From contig DAIQMY010000002.1 of NCBI GenBank assembly GCA_036788695.1, positions 66,394-130,393 on the forward strand: 64,000 nt of DNA, read 5' to 3'. A program made the position numbers and the translations under genes. This DNA is from Candidatus Levyibacteriota bacterium (lineage in GTDB: Bacteria; Patescibacteriota; Microgenomatia; Levybacterales; GWA1-39-11). Positions 1-9,831 of this stretch are shown one piece after another. Every line of letters begins with the position of its first letter. The stretch's first letter is position 1. The notes beneath the pieces are model-generated. The model saw only the letters and a list, made by a program, of their open reading frames with translations. It was not told the origin of the DNA and did not search any database.

Positions 1-504
1 AGTGTTTGTTACTTTTGTTCTAAAAGTGAATATCTTAATACGCAAGGGTTTGATGATAACCATTTTGCCTATTTTGAGGATGTTGATTGGTTCTGGAGGT
101 TATCTCTTTTGGGGAAAAAATTTAACTATGCTGAAAACGTATATGTTTATCACGAGGGGGCGGGGAGTACAGGTAGAGGGATTAAATACAAAATGTTTTT
201 ATGGAGAAATCAAAATACTTTGCAAACATTAATTAAAAATTATTCTTCAATAAGTTTGCTGGTTATTCTTCCTGTATATTTTATGCAGAACATAGCCGAA
301 ATAGTGCTCTTTTTAGTAATTCTCAGACCTCATATTGCATTCTCATACATTGAGGGATGGTGGTTTAATATAAAAAGCCTTCAATATATACTTAGAAAAA
401 GAAAGTGGATTCAAGAAAGAAGAAAGATTTCTGATCTTGAGATAGTAAAAAAAATGTATTTGGGGCCAGCAAAACTTAAAATGCTTTTATCTTATAAATC
501 ATGA
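1..504 (+). CDS. Glycosyltransferase family 2, C-terminal part (5' end lies outside the window)
   Basis: Frame 1 is open from nt 1. The translation ...FDDNHFAYFEDVDWFWRLSLLGKKFNYAENVYVYHEGAGS... matches the GT2 C-terminal ED-containing motif. The stop overlaps the next start as ATGA. Confidence 0.55.
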   Translation, partial: SVCYFCSKSEYLNTQGFDDNHFAYFEDVDWFWRLSLLGKKFNYAENVYVYHEGAGSTGRGIKYKMFLWRNQNTLQTLIKNYSSISLLVILPVYFMQNIAEIVLFLVILRPHIAFSYIEGWWFNIKSLQYILRKRKWIQERRKISDLEIVKKMYLGPAKLKMLLSYKS

Positions 505-1472
505 AGAAAAATATTTTACTTTCAATAATTACTCCAACATTAAATAACCATAAAGATTTAAGAAATTTTTTAACTTCTATTAAAAAACAAAACTTTCCCA
601 AGTCTCAACTTGAAGTAATCATAGTAGATGGAGGATCCACAGATGATACTCTTTTGATTGCAAAAGAGTTTGGAGTAAAAATCCTACATAATAAGGATAA
701 ATTTGCAGATGCTGGAGTGAACTTAGGGATGAAGCATGCAGTAGGTGAAATATATATGGTTTTGGCTGCTGATAATATCTATAAGAGCTCAAATGCCTTG
801 CAAAAGATTGTAGACGTATTTAAAGATCCCAACATAGTGGGAGCATTTCCACGGCATGCATATATGAAGACAGACACAATTTATACAAAGTACATAAATA
901 CATTTACTGATCCGGCAAATCATTTTGTATATGGATATGCTTGTAATCCAAGAACATTTGAGAGGGTATATACAGTTCTCAAGAAAACACAAGACTATAC
1001 TGTATATGACTATACGTCATCTAAAATAATTCCGCTTATTGCTTTTGCGCAGGGATTTACAGTCAGATCTAGTTTTAAGAGAAATAAAGTAAATTCCTTT
1101 GATGATATTGCGCCGGTGATGGAAATTATTAAAAGCCGTAAAAAAATCGCGTATATGCATTCTGTGGATTTATATCACCATACAGTCAGCGGTTTTTATA
1201 ATTTTGTAAATAAGCAAGCCTGGAAAACAAGAAATTATTTATATAAGAAAAACTTTGGTATTTCTCACAGAATTAAGCTTCTTTCAGAGCAACAGACAAA
1301 AAGAATATACTATTGGCCATATTACTCTCTTACTATAATTCCGCCATTTATATTCGCCCTCTACCATCTAGTCAAAGATAGAGAAAAAATGTGGATACTC
1401 CACCCATTTATGTGTATAATCTCTGGGTACTCAAGCTTTTTTGTGTATATTTCTTATAAAATAAAAAAATGA
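501..1472 (+). CDS. Glycosyltransferase family 2 with C-terminal TM helices
   Basis: N-terminus [14 protein letters not shown]...[13 protein letters not shown] is the GT2 (GT-A) signature with a DxD-type acidic patch. The C-terminus is hydrophobic. Confidence 0.7.
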   Translation: MKKNILLSIITPTLNNHKDLRNFLTSIKKQNFPKSQLEVIIVDGGSTDDTLLIAKEFGVKILHNKDKFADAGVNLGMKHAVGEIYMVLAADNIYKSSNALQKIVDVFKDPNIVGAFPRHAYMKTDTIYTKYINTFTDPANHFVYGYACNPRTFERVYTVLKKTQDYTVYDYTSSKIIPLIAFAQGFTVRSSFKRNKVNSFDDIAPVMEIIKSRKKIAYMHSVDLYHHTVSGFYNFVNKQAWKTRNYLYKKNFGISHRIKLLSEQQTKRIYYWPYYSLTIIPPFIFALYHLVKDREKMWILHPFMCIISGYSSFFVYISYKIKK

Positions 1473-2404
1473 AATTAAACATTCACCCAAGTTCATTTGT
1501 AGCAACAAAAAAAATTGGGGAAAATACAAAAATATGGGCATTTTGCAACATACTGCAAGGTGCAAGAATTGGAGAAGGCTGCAACATCTGTGATCACACA
1601 TTTATAGAAAATGATGTGATAGTAGGGAATAATGTTACGGTTAAGTGTGGAGTTCAGCTTTGGGACGGAATAAGAATTGAGGATAATGTATTCATAGGAC
1701 CAAACGCGACATTTACCAATGATATATTTCCAAGAAGTAAAAAATATCCTAAAAACTTTTTAAATACCATTGTTAAAAAAGGTGCGTCTATTGGTGCGAA
1801 TGCTACAATTCTTCCAGGGCTTGTAATTGGAGAAAACGCTATGGTTGGGGCTGGAGCAGTGGTTACGAAAAATGTGCCTGAAAACGCAGTTGTTGTAGGA
1901 AACCCTGCGTCAATCGTAGGATACACAAATGTAAGGAATACACCAATTACAAAAAAAACAAACCAAGAAATTCAAAACGAGAGAAAAATAAAAACAGAAG
2001 TAAAAGGTGTTGAAATTTACAAAATTCCAAAGGCAAGTGATTTACGTGGAGATTTATCATTCATTGAGTATAAAAAAAATATTCCTTTTTTGGTAAAACG
2101 ATTTTTTATGGTCTATAACGTTCCCAGTAAGGAGATCAGGGGAGAGCATGCTCACAAAAAAAACCATCAATTTTTAATTTGTCTCAAGGGGTCATTGAGT
2201 GTGATTGTTGATGATGGGAGAAAAAGCATAGAGATTCCCCTGAAGGAGGGTGATTCTGGAATTTATATTCGCCCGCTTGTATGGGGGATTCAATATAAAT
2301 ATACACCGGATGCAATCCTTTTAGTTTTTGCATCAGGTGAGTATGACCCTACGGAATATATTCGTGACTATAAAGAGTTCCTACAAATTGTCAAAAAAAA
2401 GTAA
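1469..2404 (+). CDS. Bifunctional WxcM-like protein: N-terminal hexapeptide-repeat N-acetyltransferase (FdtC-like) fused to a C-terminal FdtA-like cupin (dTDP-4-keto-6-deoxyhexose 3,4-isomerase)
   Basis: Residues 1-150 show left-handed beta-helix hexapeptide repeats ([25 protein letters not shown]...[24 protein letters not shown]). Residues 190-311 ([35 protein letters not shown]) resemble the FdtA/WxcM C-terminal cupin. Confidence 0.6.
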   Translation: MKLNIHPSSFVATKKIGENTKIWAFCNILQGARIGEGCNICDHTFIENDVIVGNNVTVKCGVQLWDGIRIEDNVFIGPNATFTNDIFPRSKKYPKNFLNTIVKKGASIGANATILPGLVIGENAMVGAGAVVTKNVPENAVVVGNPASIVGYTNVRNTPITKKTNQEIQNERKIKTEVKGVEIYKIPKASDLRGDLSFIEYKKNIPFLVKRFFMVYNVPSKEIRGEHAHKKNHQFLICLKGSLSVIVDDGRKSIEIPLKEGDSGIYIRPLVWGIQYKYTPDAILLVFASGEYDPTEYIRDYKEFLQIVKKK

Positions 2405-2407
2405 CAC

Positions 2408-3514
2408 ATGCGCATTCCTTATTTAAACTTAGAACGGTCCTATGAGCTGATTTCTGCTGATTTAGACAGAGCTTTTAAAAAAGTACTTAAAAGCGGATGG
2501 GTTGTCTTGGGTCAAGAATTAGAAAATTTTGAGAATGAGTACGCCTCCTTCAACTCAACGAAATATGCTATTGGGGTTGCAAATGGGTTAGATGCGCTTA
2601 TACTGTCTCTTACTGTCTTAGGTATAAAAAAAGGCGACGAAGTTATAGTTCCTTCAAATACGTATATTGCAACTCTTATTGCTGTGTCCCGTGTTGGTGC
2701 GACACCGATTCTTGTTGAACCACTTGAGAATACATTTAATATAAATCCAAGCTTGATTGAAGAGAAGATTTCAAAAAACACAAAAGCGATAATTCCCGTG
2801 CATTTATACGGGCAAGCCTGTCAAATGAGTGAAATTGTAAAAATTGCGAAAAAACACAAACTATTTATCGTGGAGGACAATGCGCAAGCACATGGAGCGG
2901 AATATAGAGGAAAAAAAACAGGCAGTTTCGGAATTCTTAACGCAACAAGTTTTTATCCAGGGAAAAATTTAGGCGCGTTAGGTGACGGAGGGGCAATAAC
3001 TACTGACAAAAAACACTTAAATACTATTTTAAGAATTTTAAGAAATTATGGAGAGGAAAAACGCTATGTGAACAATGTTATTGGGTATAACTCAAGACTT
3101 GATGAGTTGCAGGCAGCATTTTTAAGAGTAAGGCTCAGGGTAATGAAGGAAATTACAAAAAATAAGATTAAGATTGCCGCGACATATGATAAAGGATTGA
3201 AGAATATAGGTGACATTGAAACACCATATGTAGCAAGATATTCAAGTCATGTATACCATGTATATGCGATTAAAACAAAAAAAAGAAATGCTTTGAGGGA
3301 CTACCTTTTAACTAAAGGCATAACTACTTTAATTCACTATCCGATTCCACCACATCTTCAAAAAGCATATAAGCACTTAGGTTTTAAAAAGGGTGATTTT
3401 CCAATTTCAGAAAAACTTGCGGACGTTGTGTTAAGTCTTCCCATATTTCCAGAGATGAAAATGAAGGAAGTTGAGTATGTAGTTGGCTGTATAAAAGAAT
3501 TCTATAAGACATGA
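2408..3514 (+). CDS. DegT/DnrJ/EryC1-family PLP-dependent sugar aminotransferase (FdtB-like)
   Basis: Typical family motifs are present: VANGLDAL, EVIVPSNTYIAT, a SFYPGKNLGALGDGGAI lysine region, and HYPIPPHLQKAY near the C-terminus. Confidence 0.8.
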   Translation: MRIPYLNLERSYELISADLDRAFKKVLKSGWVVLGQELENFENEYASFNSTKYAIGVANGLDALILSLTVLGIKKGDEVIVPSNTYIATLIAVSRVGATPILVEPLENTFNINPSLIEEKISKNTKAIIPVHLYGQACQMSEIVKIAKKHKLFIVEDNAQAHGAEYRGKKTGSFGILNATSFYPGKNLGALGDGGAITTDKKHLNTILRILRNYGEEKRYVNNVIGYNSRLDELQAAFLRVRLRVMKEITKNKIKIAATYDKGLKNIGDIETPYVARYSSHVYHVYAIKTKKRNALRDYLLTKGITTLIHYPIPPHLQKAYKHLGFKKGDFPISEKLADVVLSLPIFPEMKMKEVEYVVGCIKEFYKT

Positions 3515-4446
3515 AGAAATATCCTCTCGTTTCTATAGTCATTCCTACTCACAATAGAAAAAAATCAGTTGTCCGATTGATTCATAGCATACTACAAAGC
3601 ACTTACAAAGAGCTTGAGATTATTGTGGTTGATGATTTTTCGGTGGATGGGACTGTTGAATATATTCGCTCAAAAATAAGCAATAAAAATATAAAGGTGG
3701 TAAGAAATAATAAAAATCTTTTTACTGCTGGTACGCGAAATGTAGGACAGAAGTTAAGCCACGGTGAATATATATTATTTATTGATGATGATAATGTTAT
3801 TGACCGGAAAATGATTGAGAAAATGGTAGAAATTTTTGTTATAGACAAAAAAATAGGTGAGGTTGGACCTATAAATTATAGTTATAAAAAAAAGAGTAAA
3901 GTGTTTTGGGCAGGAACATATAGGAATATGTTTACGACAAAAACATACCATTTAAATAAGATTCAAAGAAAGAAATACTGGGATACCCCTGACGTGCCGA
4001 ATGCTTTCATGGTAAGGGGAGAGGTTGTGAAAAGACATAAAATATACTTCGATTCGTTATATGGGATTATGTATGAAGAAAGTGACTATGCCTATAGAAT
4101 AAGACAAGAGGGGTATGGAGTAGTTGTTTGTAGGGATGCAAAGATATATCACGATATTGAGTCGTATACAAATAATGGGAAAACAAAGGATTATATGTAT
4201 CATTTTATGAGCGATGTTAGACGACCATATGTATTTGCAAGAAACAGGATAATTTTTCATAAAAGATTTTCAAGGAAAGTAGAGCTTGTTGGTATTTTGA
4301 TGTTTTGGGTATGGTTTTTCAACCTATACTACAATTATAAGTATTTGTTTTACAACGGAGTTGGAACCTTCACTTTTTCACAAAGAGTTAAGCTTGCGCT
4401 CAGTTGTACGAAGGGTACAATTGCTGGTTGCTTTAAGTATCAATAA
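3511..4446 (+). CDS. Glycosyltransferase family 2
   Basis: PLVSIVIPTHNRKKSV...ELEIIVVDDFSVDGT followed by FIDDDN (DxD-like). Confidence 0.7.
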   Translation: MKKYPLVSIVIPTHNRKKSVVRLIHSILQSTYKELEIIVVDDFSVDGTVEYIRSKISNKNIKVVRNNKNLFTAGTRNVGQKLSHGEYILFIDDDNVIDRKMIEKMVEIFVIDKKIGEVGPINYSYKKKSKVFWAGTYRNMFTTKTYHLNKIQRKKYWDTPDVPNAFMVRGEVVKRHKIYFDSLYGIMYEESDYAYRIRQEGYGVVVCRDAKIYHDIESYTNNGKTKDYMYHFMSDVRRPYVFARNRIIFHKRFSRKVELVGILMFWVWFFNLYYNYKYLFYNGVGTFTFSQRVKLALSCTKGTIAGCFKYQ

Positions 4447-4497
4447 ATAAAAATTCCTGTTACTATTGAATTATTTTTATGCTACAATCTTTTATAA

Positions 4498-5751
4498 ATG
4501 AGCGCAAAAGAAGTTATAAAAATAAAAAAATGTAGAATATGCGAATCAACAGACCTTATAGAGGTTATAGATCTAGGAAGTCAGCCAATACCAAACGGCT
4601 TTCTCTCAAAAGAGAATCTTAAAGTTCAGGAAAAAACATATCCCCTCCATGTATCCTTCTGTAATAATTGTTCCCTTATGCAACTTACGTATTTAGTTAC
4701 TCCAAAAATTATGTTTGAGAATTATCTCTATATTCCATCTGCATCCAAAACAAGAATTATGCATTTCAAAGGTTTGGCAGAGCAGGTCATGAAATTGGCT
4801 CCGCTTAATGATAAATCATTGGTAATTGATGTTGGGAGTAATGATGGAAGTCTTCTGACGGCGTTTAAAAATTTAGGAGTAAAAACTTTAGGTATTGATC
4901 CTGCGGAGAACCTGGTAAAGGTAGCAGAACTAAGTGGTATAGAGACGGTGCTTGGATACTTTGATTCAAAGCTTGCCCGAAAAGTCGTAAAAAAATATGG
5001 AAAAGCAAAGGCGATATGTGCAACAAATGTAATTGCGCACATCCCTAATTTACATGAGGTCATTAAAGGTGGGGATATATTACTTGAAAATGAGGGCATT
5101 TTTCTTATGCAATTTCCATACTCACTCGACCTTTTGGAAAAAAATCTTTTTGACACTATTTATCATGAGCATCTTTCTTACTTTTCAGTAAAATCACTTT
5201 TATATCTTTCTGAAAAATCGAACCTTGAGATATTTGATATAGAAAAAAGCGATTTAGATGGGGGTTCGCTGAAGGTATTTTGGAAGAAAAAAGGAAGTAA
5301 GAAGCATAAAATCGAAAAGGAGAAGATCGAGAAAATTCTAAAGAATGAAGAAAAGTATGGACTGCATACAATTGATGCATATATCAAATTCGCTCAGCGT
5401 GTTGAAAAATTAAAAGAGCAAACACTCAAAAAACTTGCGAGCCTTAAGAAATCAAAAAAGCATATTGTCGGATATGGTGCAGCTGCAAAGGCAAATGTAC
5501 TTTTAAATTATTTTGGAATTGACTCTAAAACAATTGACTATATAGTTGACTCAACACCATATAAGCAAGGTCTCTATACACCGGGATCACACATAGCTAT
5601 CTATTCAGAAGACAAAATATATGAAACAAAACCGGACTATGTTTTAATCTTTGCTTGGAATTTTAGCCGGGAAATAATTGAAAAGAACAAGAAGTATAAA
5701 AAAAGCGGTGGGAAATTTATCATACCTGTCCCAAAGCTGCAAGTAATATAG
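4498..5751 (+). CDS. Class I SAM-dependent methyltransferase of the sugar C-methyltransferase type (N-terminal Zn-ribbon, Rossmann core, C-terminal C-methyltransferase domain)
   Basis: CRICES...FCNNC is a cysteine cluster. VIDVGSNDGSL is the SAM motif I. The C-terminal Rossmann-like VGYGAAAKANVLLNYFG matches the three-domain TylCIII-like architecture. Confidence 0.5.
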   Translation: MSAKEVIKIKKCRICESTDLIEVIDLGSQPIPNGFLSKENLKVQEKTYPLHVSFCNNCSLMQLTYLVTPKIMFENYLYIPSASKTRIMHFKGLAEQVMKLAPLNDKSLVIDVGSNDGSLLTAFKNLGVKTLGIDPAENLVKVAELSGIETVLGYFDSKLARKVVKKYGKAKAICATNVIAHIPNLHEVIKGGDILLENEGIFLMQFPYSLDLLEKNLFDTIYHEHLSYFSVKSLLYLSEKSNLEIFDIEKSDLDGGSLKVFWKKKGSKKHKIEKEKIEKILKNEEKYGLHTIDAYIKFAQRVEKLKEQTLKKLASLKKSKKHIVGYGAAAKANVLLNYFGIDSKTIDYIVDSTPYKQGLYTPGSHIAIYSEDKIYETKPDYVLIFAWNFSREIIEKNKKYKKSGGKFIIPVPKLQVI

Positions 5752-5769
5752 ATATGTATCTTCTGGTTA

Positions 5770-8061
5770 ATGAAATTTAAAATCCTTAATCTCCTAACTG
5801 CTGTTTTTCTTATTGCTCTTCCTTATTATATATTTGATGGCAAAATGTATTTGGGAGGGGATGACACAAGAATATTTTATTCATACCCGCTTGATTTTTT
5901 AAAAAACGTTACATATTTTTCTTGGTATAAGATTTCGTCTATGGGCATAAATGGTCCAAGTCAGTATTTAGCGCCATTTTTGCTATTTACTTCCTTTGTA
6001 CATATTTTTATTTCAAGTAAAGTAATTTTAAACTACCTTGCATTTTCTATGCCCTTGGTGCTGGGATTTATATATTTTCAGATGACTGTAAAGGAGTTAT
6101 TTGGATTAGATAAAAAAAATAGGTACGAGTTATATGTCGGAAGCTTATTTTATGTTCTGTCTCCAATATTAATTATAAACCAGTTGTTTGTATTTCTCAT
6201 TTCTATTTGGTTAATAGGTTTAATACCTATTCTGGTATACAATTTCTTGAAATATCTCCGAACGGGAAATTTTAAGTATGTTTTCGTATCTTCACTATGG
6301 TGTTTACTCTTTGCATTTGCGCTTTACGCAGTTCCTTGGATTTTAGGATTTCTGATACCTGTAGTTTTTGGATTATTTACTCTTGCATTCTTTTTTACAA
6401 AAAAAGAAATTGTTTATTTTTTGAGACGACTTTTTATATTTACTTCATTTATTGTTTTATCTCAGGCATTCTGGCTTACCGGATTCATTTCACAGTATTT
6501 AGATTTGGGTCAGGACAGTTTTGCATCTAAATTTTTATCAAAGGGGTTTGTTGACACATTTACTCCAACAGTTTTAACTTCTGCAACGGGCAATATTCTA
6601 TATCCGCTTTTAAATCTGTTTCATAGACAAATTGCATTTGATTTCTCATGGAAGTTAAAAAATGATTATATTTACTATTATGATAAATTTTTTCTGTTAA
6701 ATACTCTATATATAGTAGTGCTAGCATTTGGGATATTGTATTTTAAGAAATATTTAGACAAAAAAAACCAAAGAATATATATATCCCTGCTTGTGTCTTT
6801 TTTTGCAGCATTGTATTTTTTTACAGTAAACATTGGTCCATTGAAAGAGTTGTTTATCTTGCTAGGTCAAGTTCCGGGTTTTACAATGTTTAGAAATTTC
6901 TTTGATAAATTTGCGCCTGGTTATGTCATCATTTATTCAACTATTATCTCAATAAGTCTAGTCATAGTTTCCAATGCGTTTCCTAATAAAAAGTATATTT
7001 TTTTAACAGCGTTTCTTTTAGTTGTTATGATAAATTTTATTCCAGTTAAGTCTACTGTCAATTCTCCACTATGGACTACTGATAATATTTCAAAAACAGT
7101 AATTTTGCCCCAGGAGTATTTGAATTTCATGAATTATATTAAGCATAATATATCTTCAACCAACAATATATTAAGTATTCCATTTGGAACATCAGCATAC
7201 ACGGTTATTGTAGATGAAAATAATCCTAAACACTTGTACTTGGGGGTATCACCAGTCAAAATATTCAGTGGCGTAAGTGATATTTCAGGACATTACTCAT
7301 TTGGTTATACGAGTCTTGCGGATGTAGTGGATGGATATATTATAAATAGGCAGTATGCTGCTTTACGCAAGGTAATGTTTGAGCATAATATGAATTATGT
7401 TTTGTATACAGTAAATGTACCCAAGGAATTAATTCACTCGTACGCATTTAATACTGATTTGTATATTGCACAAGATGCTCGATTTAGAAAGGAAATTTCA
7501 GGGAAAAAAATTGCTCAAAGCTCAAACGGTAATTACATTTTATACGAGGCTAAAAAAATTAATTCAATTTTAAAATCAAAGAATATATATTTTAAGAAAA
7601 TTAGTCAAGTAAAATATAAAATTTACATAAAAGGACTATCTGGTACTCAGGATTTATCTTTTCTTGATTCTTTTCATGCAGGGTGGAAATTGTATCCTGT
7701 AAAAAATCCATCACTAACTTTCTGTACTGATCCGAAAGTAAATAAAGAAACATCTGTTGTAGAGTGTATCCAGGATGATAAATTATTTGAGGTACAAGAT
7801 TTAGGGTACCTTTTTAGTAAAAATATCTTCGCAAACGTTCATACCGTTCAGTACGACTATGCTCATAAGTGGGAAATAAATCCTGAGCATTTTAGAGAAA
7901 GAATGGGAGATGCGTACTATAAAAAAAATAAGGATGACAGTATTGATATTGAAATGGACTTGTACTTTGTTCCTCAAATATATTTTTACTTTGGGGTAGG
8001 TATTTCTGTGATTGTGTATTTGGGGGGATTGATATATTACCTTACGAATAAAGAAAGATAA
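5770..8061 (+). CDS. Large polytopic membrane protein (~13 TM helices N-terminal, ~300-aa extracytoplasmic C-terminal domain); GT-C/YfhO-like glycosyltransferase candidate
   Basis: Hydrophobicity pattern read from the translation. Sits inside the glycan cluster. GDD near the N-terminus. No firm family assignment. Confidence 0.35.
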   Translation: MKFKILNLLTAVFLIALPYYIFDGKMYLGGDDTRIFYSYPLDFLKNVTYFSWYKISSMGINGPSQYLAPFLLFTSFVHIFISSKVILNYLAFSMPLVLGFIYFQMTVKELFGLDKKNRYELYVGSLFYVLSPILIINQLFVFLISIWLIGLIPILVYNFLKYLRTGNFKYVFVSSLWCLLFAFALYAVPWILGFLIPVVFGLFTLAFFFTKKEIVYFLRRLFIFTSFIVLSQAFWLTGFISQYLDLGQDSFASKFLSKGFVDTFTPTVLTSATGNILYPLLNLFHRQIAFDFSWKLKNDYIYYYDKFFLLNTLYIVVLAFGILYFKKYLDKKNQRIYISLLVSFFAALYFFTVNIGPLKELFILLGQVPGFTMFRNFFDKFAPGYVIIYSTIISISLVIVSNAFPNKKYIFLTAFLLVVMINFIPVKSTVNSPLWTTDNISKTVILPQEYLNFMNYIKHNISSTNNILSIPFGTSAYTVIVDENNPKHLYLGVSPVKIFSGVSDISGHYSFGYTSLADVVDGYIINRQYAALRKVMFEHNMNYVLYTVNVPKELIHSYAFNTDLYIAQDARFRKEISGKKIAQSSNGNYILYEAKKINSILKSKNIYFKKISQVKYKIYIKGLSGTQDLSFLDSFHAGWKLYPVKNPSLTFCTDPKVNKETSVVECIQDDKLFEVQDLGYLFSKNIFANVHTVQYDYAHKWEINPEHFRERMGDAYYKKNKDDSIDIEMDLYFVPQIYFYFGVGISVIVYLGGLIYYLTNKER

Positions 8062-8068
8062 AAATTAT

Positions 8069-9085
8069 ATGAATCATTTTATTGTAAGATTTGTGAAATA
8101 TATTGGTATTCCAACTATTTTTCTGCTGTTCTGGATTTTAGGTTCAGTAGTATTTAACTCTAAAATACCTTTTTCAACTCTGCTTTTTAGATATTCTGAA
8201 GTTTCTGTTCGGGGTATTCACCAGGATGGGCTTTTAGCAGGGGAGAAATATGTAGGTGAATTTACTGCACGTGAAAATCATCTTGGAATAATTACTCTCC
8301 AATTTGAGGAATTTGATAGGACAGACTTTAGAAAAGAAGATATTCTCAATTTTAGAATTCGGGAAAAAGGTAAAAAAAATTGGTATTTTGAAAGTACTTA
8401 TCGCTCAGGACTCATACATGATTCGCTGCATTTCCCTTTTGGGTTTCCTCCAATAAATGACTCTAAAAATAAATTATATCAGTTTGAGCTTGTCTCGAGG
8501 AAAGGTAACAGCACTCATGCTGTTAAGTTAGATAGTCACGGATCTGCATTATCATCTTACCATGTGATTCCGCGAAACGAAATCACTTCTGGAAACACTA
8601 AACTGCTCTCATTTTTGGGACGTAAGATTATAAATTCTTATACGGATTTAGATTTCATTTTTTCCTCGTTAATCTTCTCCCTTCCACTATTTTTATATGT
8701 ACTTTTTTTCATGTTCCGTTTGCAAATAAAAACTGTACTTACTAGTACTATTTTCATAAGAATTTTTCTAGTGTTTGTGATGTTAGACATATTTCTTTTA
8801 GGCTCGTTTTACTTAGGAATATTTATTGAAATGGCTATCTTGTGGATACTTATTATTTTTTATGCAAAAGCTGAAGGTTTAGCCTCTTTCTTAACAGGTT
8901 TTTTAATAACGGGGGTATGGGTATTTTTGCTTCTTTTTGGTCAGTCACAATTTACCTATAAATTAAATATGTGGACATATACTTTTTTTGTCATAGGTAC
9001 TGTACAATTTATAATTGAAGAAAAGAATACAGGGGGAAATAGAATTTCCTATAAAAAGTTTTTTAGAAGAATTTATAAAGCATGA
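8069..9085 (+). CDS. Hypothetical membrane protein (N-terminal TM, ~180-aa exported domain, 4-5 C-terminal TM helices)
   Basis: ORF with strong hydrophobic segments. No recognisable catalytic motif. Confidence 0.3.
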   Translation: MNHFIVRFVKYIGIPTIFLLFWILGSVVFNSKIPFSTLLFRYSEVSVRGIHQDGLLAGEKYVGEFTARENHLGIITLQFEEFDRTDFRKEDILNFRIREKGKKNWYFESTYRSGLIHDSLHFPFGFPPINDSKNKLYQFELVSRKGNSTHAVKLDSHGSALSSYHVIPRNEITSGNTKLLSFLGRKIINSYTDLDFIFSSLIFSLPLFLYVLFFMFRLQIKTVLTSTIFIRIFLVFVMLDIFLLGSFYLGIFIEMAILWILIIFYAKAEGLASFLTGFLITGVWVFLLLFGQSQFTYKLNMWTYTFFVIGTVQFIIEEKNTGGNRISYKKFFRRIYKA

Positions 9086-9831
9086 CACGTTTTAATTACG
9101 AAAACCAAGAATATCTAAATAAGTTGGAAAAGTTAAGTGCAAGTTATTACGCTAAGTATATTTCAACAATAAGTAAATTTTTGCCAGACAAAAATGGGTT
9201 ATTTTTAGAGGTAGGATGTGGAAATGGATTAGTACTTTCAATCCTTAAAAAAAAAGGATACACAAAGTGTTATGGGGTAGACATATCTAAGTTATTTATT
9301 CATGAAGCAAAACAGAAGAAGATACCACATGTATATTCATATGATGGTGTAAGCTTGCCGTTTAAAGATGGTTATTTCGACCTCATAAGCTCTTTTAACG
9401 TTCTTGAGCACACTGAAGATCCTTCACGTTATTTAAAAGAACAGATTAAAAAAGTAAAAAAAGAAGGAATAATTATTGTAGGCTGTCCCAATTTTTTATC
9501 AATATTTTCATTTGGTAATCACCCACAGCTAAAAGGCTTTTTCCGAAAAGTTATAAACACAATAACGGTTTTTAAAAAGCTAACAGAAAATAGAAACGGA
9601 ACGTTTCATAAAATGGAACCTATTATTCGTACTCCATTTCAGTATGATGATGATGCTATTGTTGTAACAAATTTAATTGATCTAAAAAGTTTTTTTAAAA
9701 AGAATAAATGTGAAGTGCTGTATGAGACAGGATTTTTACACTATGATGCAAAAATCTATAATCTTATAAACAGTATTCCTTTTTTTAGATACTTAATGCC
9801 TTCCTGTTTTATAATTGTTCAAAAAAAATGA
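9082..9831 (+). CDS. Class I SAM-dependent methyltransferase
   Basis: LEVGCGNGLVLSILKK is motif I (GxGxG). DLISSFNVLEH is motif II/III. The start overlaps the upstream stop as ATGA. Confidence 0.55.
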   Translation: MTRFNYENQEYLNKLEKLSASYYAKYISTISKFLPDKNGLFLEVGCGNGLVLSILKKKGYTKCYGVDISKLFIHEAKQKKIPHVYSYDGVSLPFKDGYFDLISSFNVLEHTEDPSRYLKEQIKKVKKEGIIIVGCPNFLSIFSFGNHPQLKGFFRKVINTITVFKKLTENRNGTFHKMEPIIRTPFQYDDDAIVVTNLIDLKSFFKKNKCEVLYETGFLHYDAKIYNLINSIPFFRYLMPSCFIIVQKK

